Assembly: GCF_000143415.4 (NCBI RefSeq)
Contig: NW_003314335.1
Span: forward strand, 929,845-993,844
Length of the DNA: 64,000 bases
Direction: 5' to 3'
Origin: Selaginella moellendorffii
Taxonomy: Eukaryota > Plantae > Lycopodiophyta
Position numbers and translations under genes: made by a program. The notes below the pieces were generated by a model. That model had not been told where the DNA came from. It saw nothing but the letters and a program-made list of their open reading frames with translations, and ran no database searches. Below are positions 61,778-64,000 of the stretch, in pieces. Each line of letters opens with the position of its first letter. The first letter of the stretch is position 1.

Positions 61778-62640
61778 TCAGCGCTGCAAAATAATCTGAT
61801 GCTCGCCATCCTGCCCGCAAAGAACATAATTTTTAGGAAACAGAGAGAAGAAATCTTGAAGCTCAAAGAAAGGTCTCACCTTGGTGTCCTCAAACAATGA
61901 CGAGAAGTAAACCGGATCATAGATGGATCCAGCCAGGGTCTCGCTTTGCGAAGCTTGGCTCTCATCCGGCCAGAAGGGCTCCGATCGCGGGACCTCGCCG
62001 AGGGTGGCAAGGCGCGCATCGAAGTTAACTGGCTGATACGAGGCAACATCATGCGACGAGAAGCCTTCCCGGATCAATGGAAACCAGATGAATGCCGAGA
62101 CCATCCGGGCAATGGAGCTCGTGGCTTGGAGTCCCAGGAATATATACAGCGCCATAGCCGAGAGCTTTCCAGGAGCAATGTTCCTGATGAAACAAACCGT
62201 AAAGCTCCGAGGAATGCGAGAGAAAACTTTTCTACCTGAGCTCATTGGCGACGAGGACGAACCAAGAAACGTCGAGGAGAAGGTTGCATCCCATGAGGAC
62301 GAGATAGATTCGAAGCAAAACTTGGATTCCACTCTCGATGGCTATGAGAGCGAAGAGGGCGATGGCCAATTCCGCCACGGGAACTCCAGTGTAGAGCTTG
62401 CTTAGCGAGCCGAGAAATGCGCACCCAATCTAGAAGCTCAAGGATGAATTTGAAAGAAAGAAATGGAGATCTCTCCCTCCTTGTCTTTGGTATTTACCTG
62501 GATGTAGATCAGCGCTGTTCCAAGCGATTGCAGATGCTCCGGAACGAGCAGCCATTCGCGAATCCCTTGCAGCAGATTCCCACATTGCAGTGCCCCGGGA
62601 CACTCACCTGGCCAATGCCGCCAACCACGCATAGCCTCAT
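61778..62640 (-). CDS. Uncharacterised multi-pass membrane protein, multi-exon
   Basis: Spliced: MRLCVVGGIGQ|GIREWL...LQSLGTALIYIQ|IGCAFLGSL...IALFALIAIESG...LLDVSWFVL|...AGSIYDPVYFSSLFED. Confidence 0.7.
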
Positions 62641-63129
62641 CGTCTTCTCACACCATAGCCAAGCCCTAATACCAAGCAGTATATTCGCACATCATTTAGC
62701 TATTCTAATAGTATTTCAATACTAACATATAAAAGTGTTTATGACAGTATATAAATTATAAATATGTTTATAAACTATAAATATAAAATTTTCTAAATTA
62801 TTAAAAACCGTTAAATGGTAAAATATTATGAAATATTCAAGTATATTCTAGGTATGTCCACCTCAGTATAAGTTTGCTTAAGCAAACCAAAATTCTTGCT
62901 TCATAAAATAAAGTAATTGATTAGAAGGGAGGTTATTCCTTTTAACTAGTCATTAAGATTATGTAAAAATAATAGATGTTACAAATTAACAAAAATTAAG
63001 AGAAAAATGAACAACTTGGCATTGGTTACCAAAAATATTTCTAATCACTTTCTACTTGGAGGAAAGTTTGGAAGTTTCATGTCAGTCTGACTAATTCCTT
63101 GCTATAACTTCTCTTTTCTTTTCATAAGA

Positions 63130-63600
63130 ACTAAATTGAAGGTGTTGAAATACCAAGTGCTAGAGAATACCCTTTGCACTACTAGATGTCCTCACTACTT
63201 CCATAAGATCTACCTATGAAGGATAATTGACTGGGATATCAAAGCCTTCAAGCTCTAATATACTACTCTATCTTTTGAGTAATCTTGATCAAGTAAACAA
63301 CTCTTAATGAAAAAAAACTTAAGAGGCCTCTACATATGCAATGTTGTGGAAATGTCAGTCTCTACATATGCCTCATTGAAATCTCCTTGGCAACATAATT
63401 TAGATGGATTGACTCTTAAACTAAACACATTGAAAATGTTGTACTTGTTACTATTCAACAATGTTGATGCAAGGCTAGGAAGCCTATAGGATCAAGCCTA
63501 TAATGATTTAATCCTGATGTTGCCCTCGATTGGTAACCTCCACCAGCTAAAGGAGCTTAAACATTATATTTGAGCTGCCCAACTCATTTGCTAACTTAAG
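63130..63600 (+). pseudogene. Possible LRR gene remnant
   Basis: SIGNLHQLKEL and LRGLYICN fragments in AT-rich sequence with many stops. Confidence 0.3.
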
Positions 63601-63800
63601 GGTACCTTGCACATTGCATGTCAAGAAAAAAAGATTTATTTTCTTAATGAATTTTTTTTTTCCTATTTTGTAATTTTTGTTTATTTGCACCACCATAAAA
63701 GATCATTGAAAGTAGATATGGAAAAACTAAGTCATTTTAATAAAGAGGCTTATCCCATCAATGTATATGAGAATGAATTATGCAAAACATTTTGTTGGGT

Positions 63801-63845
63801 GTATATATATATATACATATATGTATATATGTATATATACATATA

Positions 63846-63879
<34 letters not shown>

Positions 63880-63948
63880 CATATATATATATATACATAT
63901 ATACATATATATGTATATACATATATATATATATACACATACATATAT

Positions 63949-64000
<52 letters not shown>
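63801..64000. repeat. (TA)n/(TACA)n microsatellite
   Basis: Direct inspection. Confidence 0.97.

Overview
Eukaryotic, gene-dense plant nuclear DNA with very short (~50-60 nt) GT-AG introns and many PLS-class PPR genes. This is most consistent with a lycophyte such as Selaginella (inference from style, not verified). The left ~27 kb holds mostly conserved genes: a PurN/GART pseudogene, HscB, a Tic32-like SDR, a VOC/glyoxalase, an AT-rich secreted GNA-lectin fusion, strumpellin/WASHC5, an aspartic protease, AGT2, a PTST2/FLO6-like gene, CSN8 and a SOUL protein. The middle (27-48 kb) is largely decayed: PPR genes and debris, a Mutator-like element splitting a kinase pseudogene, a fungal-type FAD/BBE oxidoreductase pseudogene, two DUF604 pseudogenes, ycf20-like, microsatellites and three assembly gaps. 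The most notable feature is an apparently intact, intron-containing isocyanide synthase (Dit1/PvcA family) at 53076-54663 (-). This enzyme class is known from bacteria and fungi. Here it lies on gap-free sequence among plant genes, head-to-head with a Crinkler/RHS-like NTPase-REase gene and ~2.8 kb from a BAHD acyltransferase that carries one premature stop. All family calls come from motif recognition; no searches were run.
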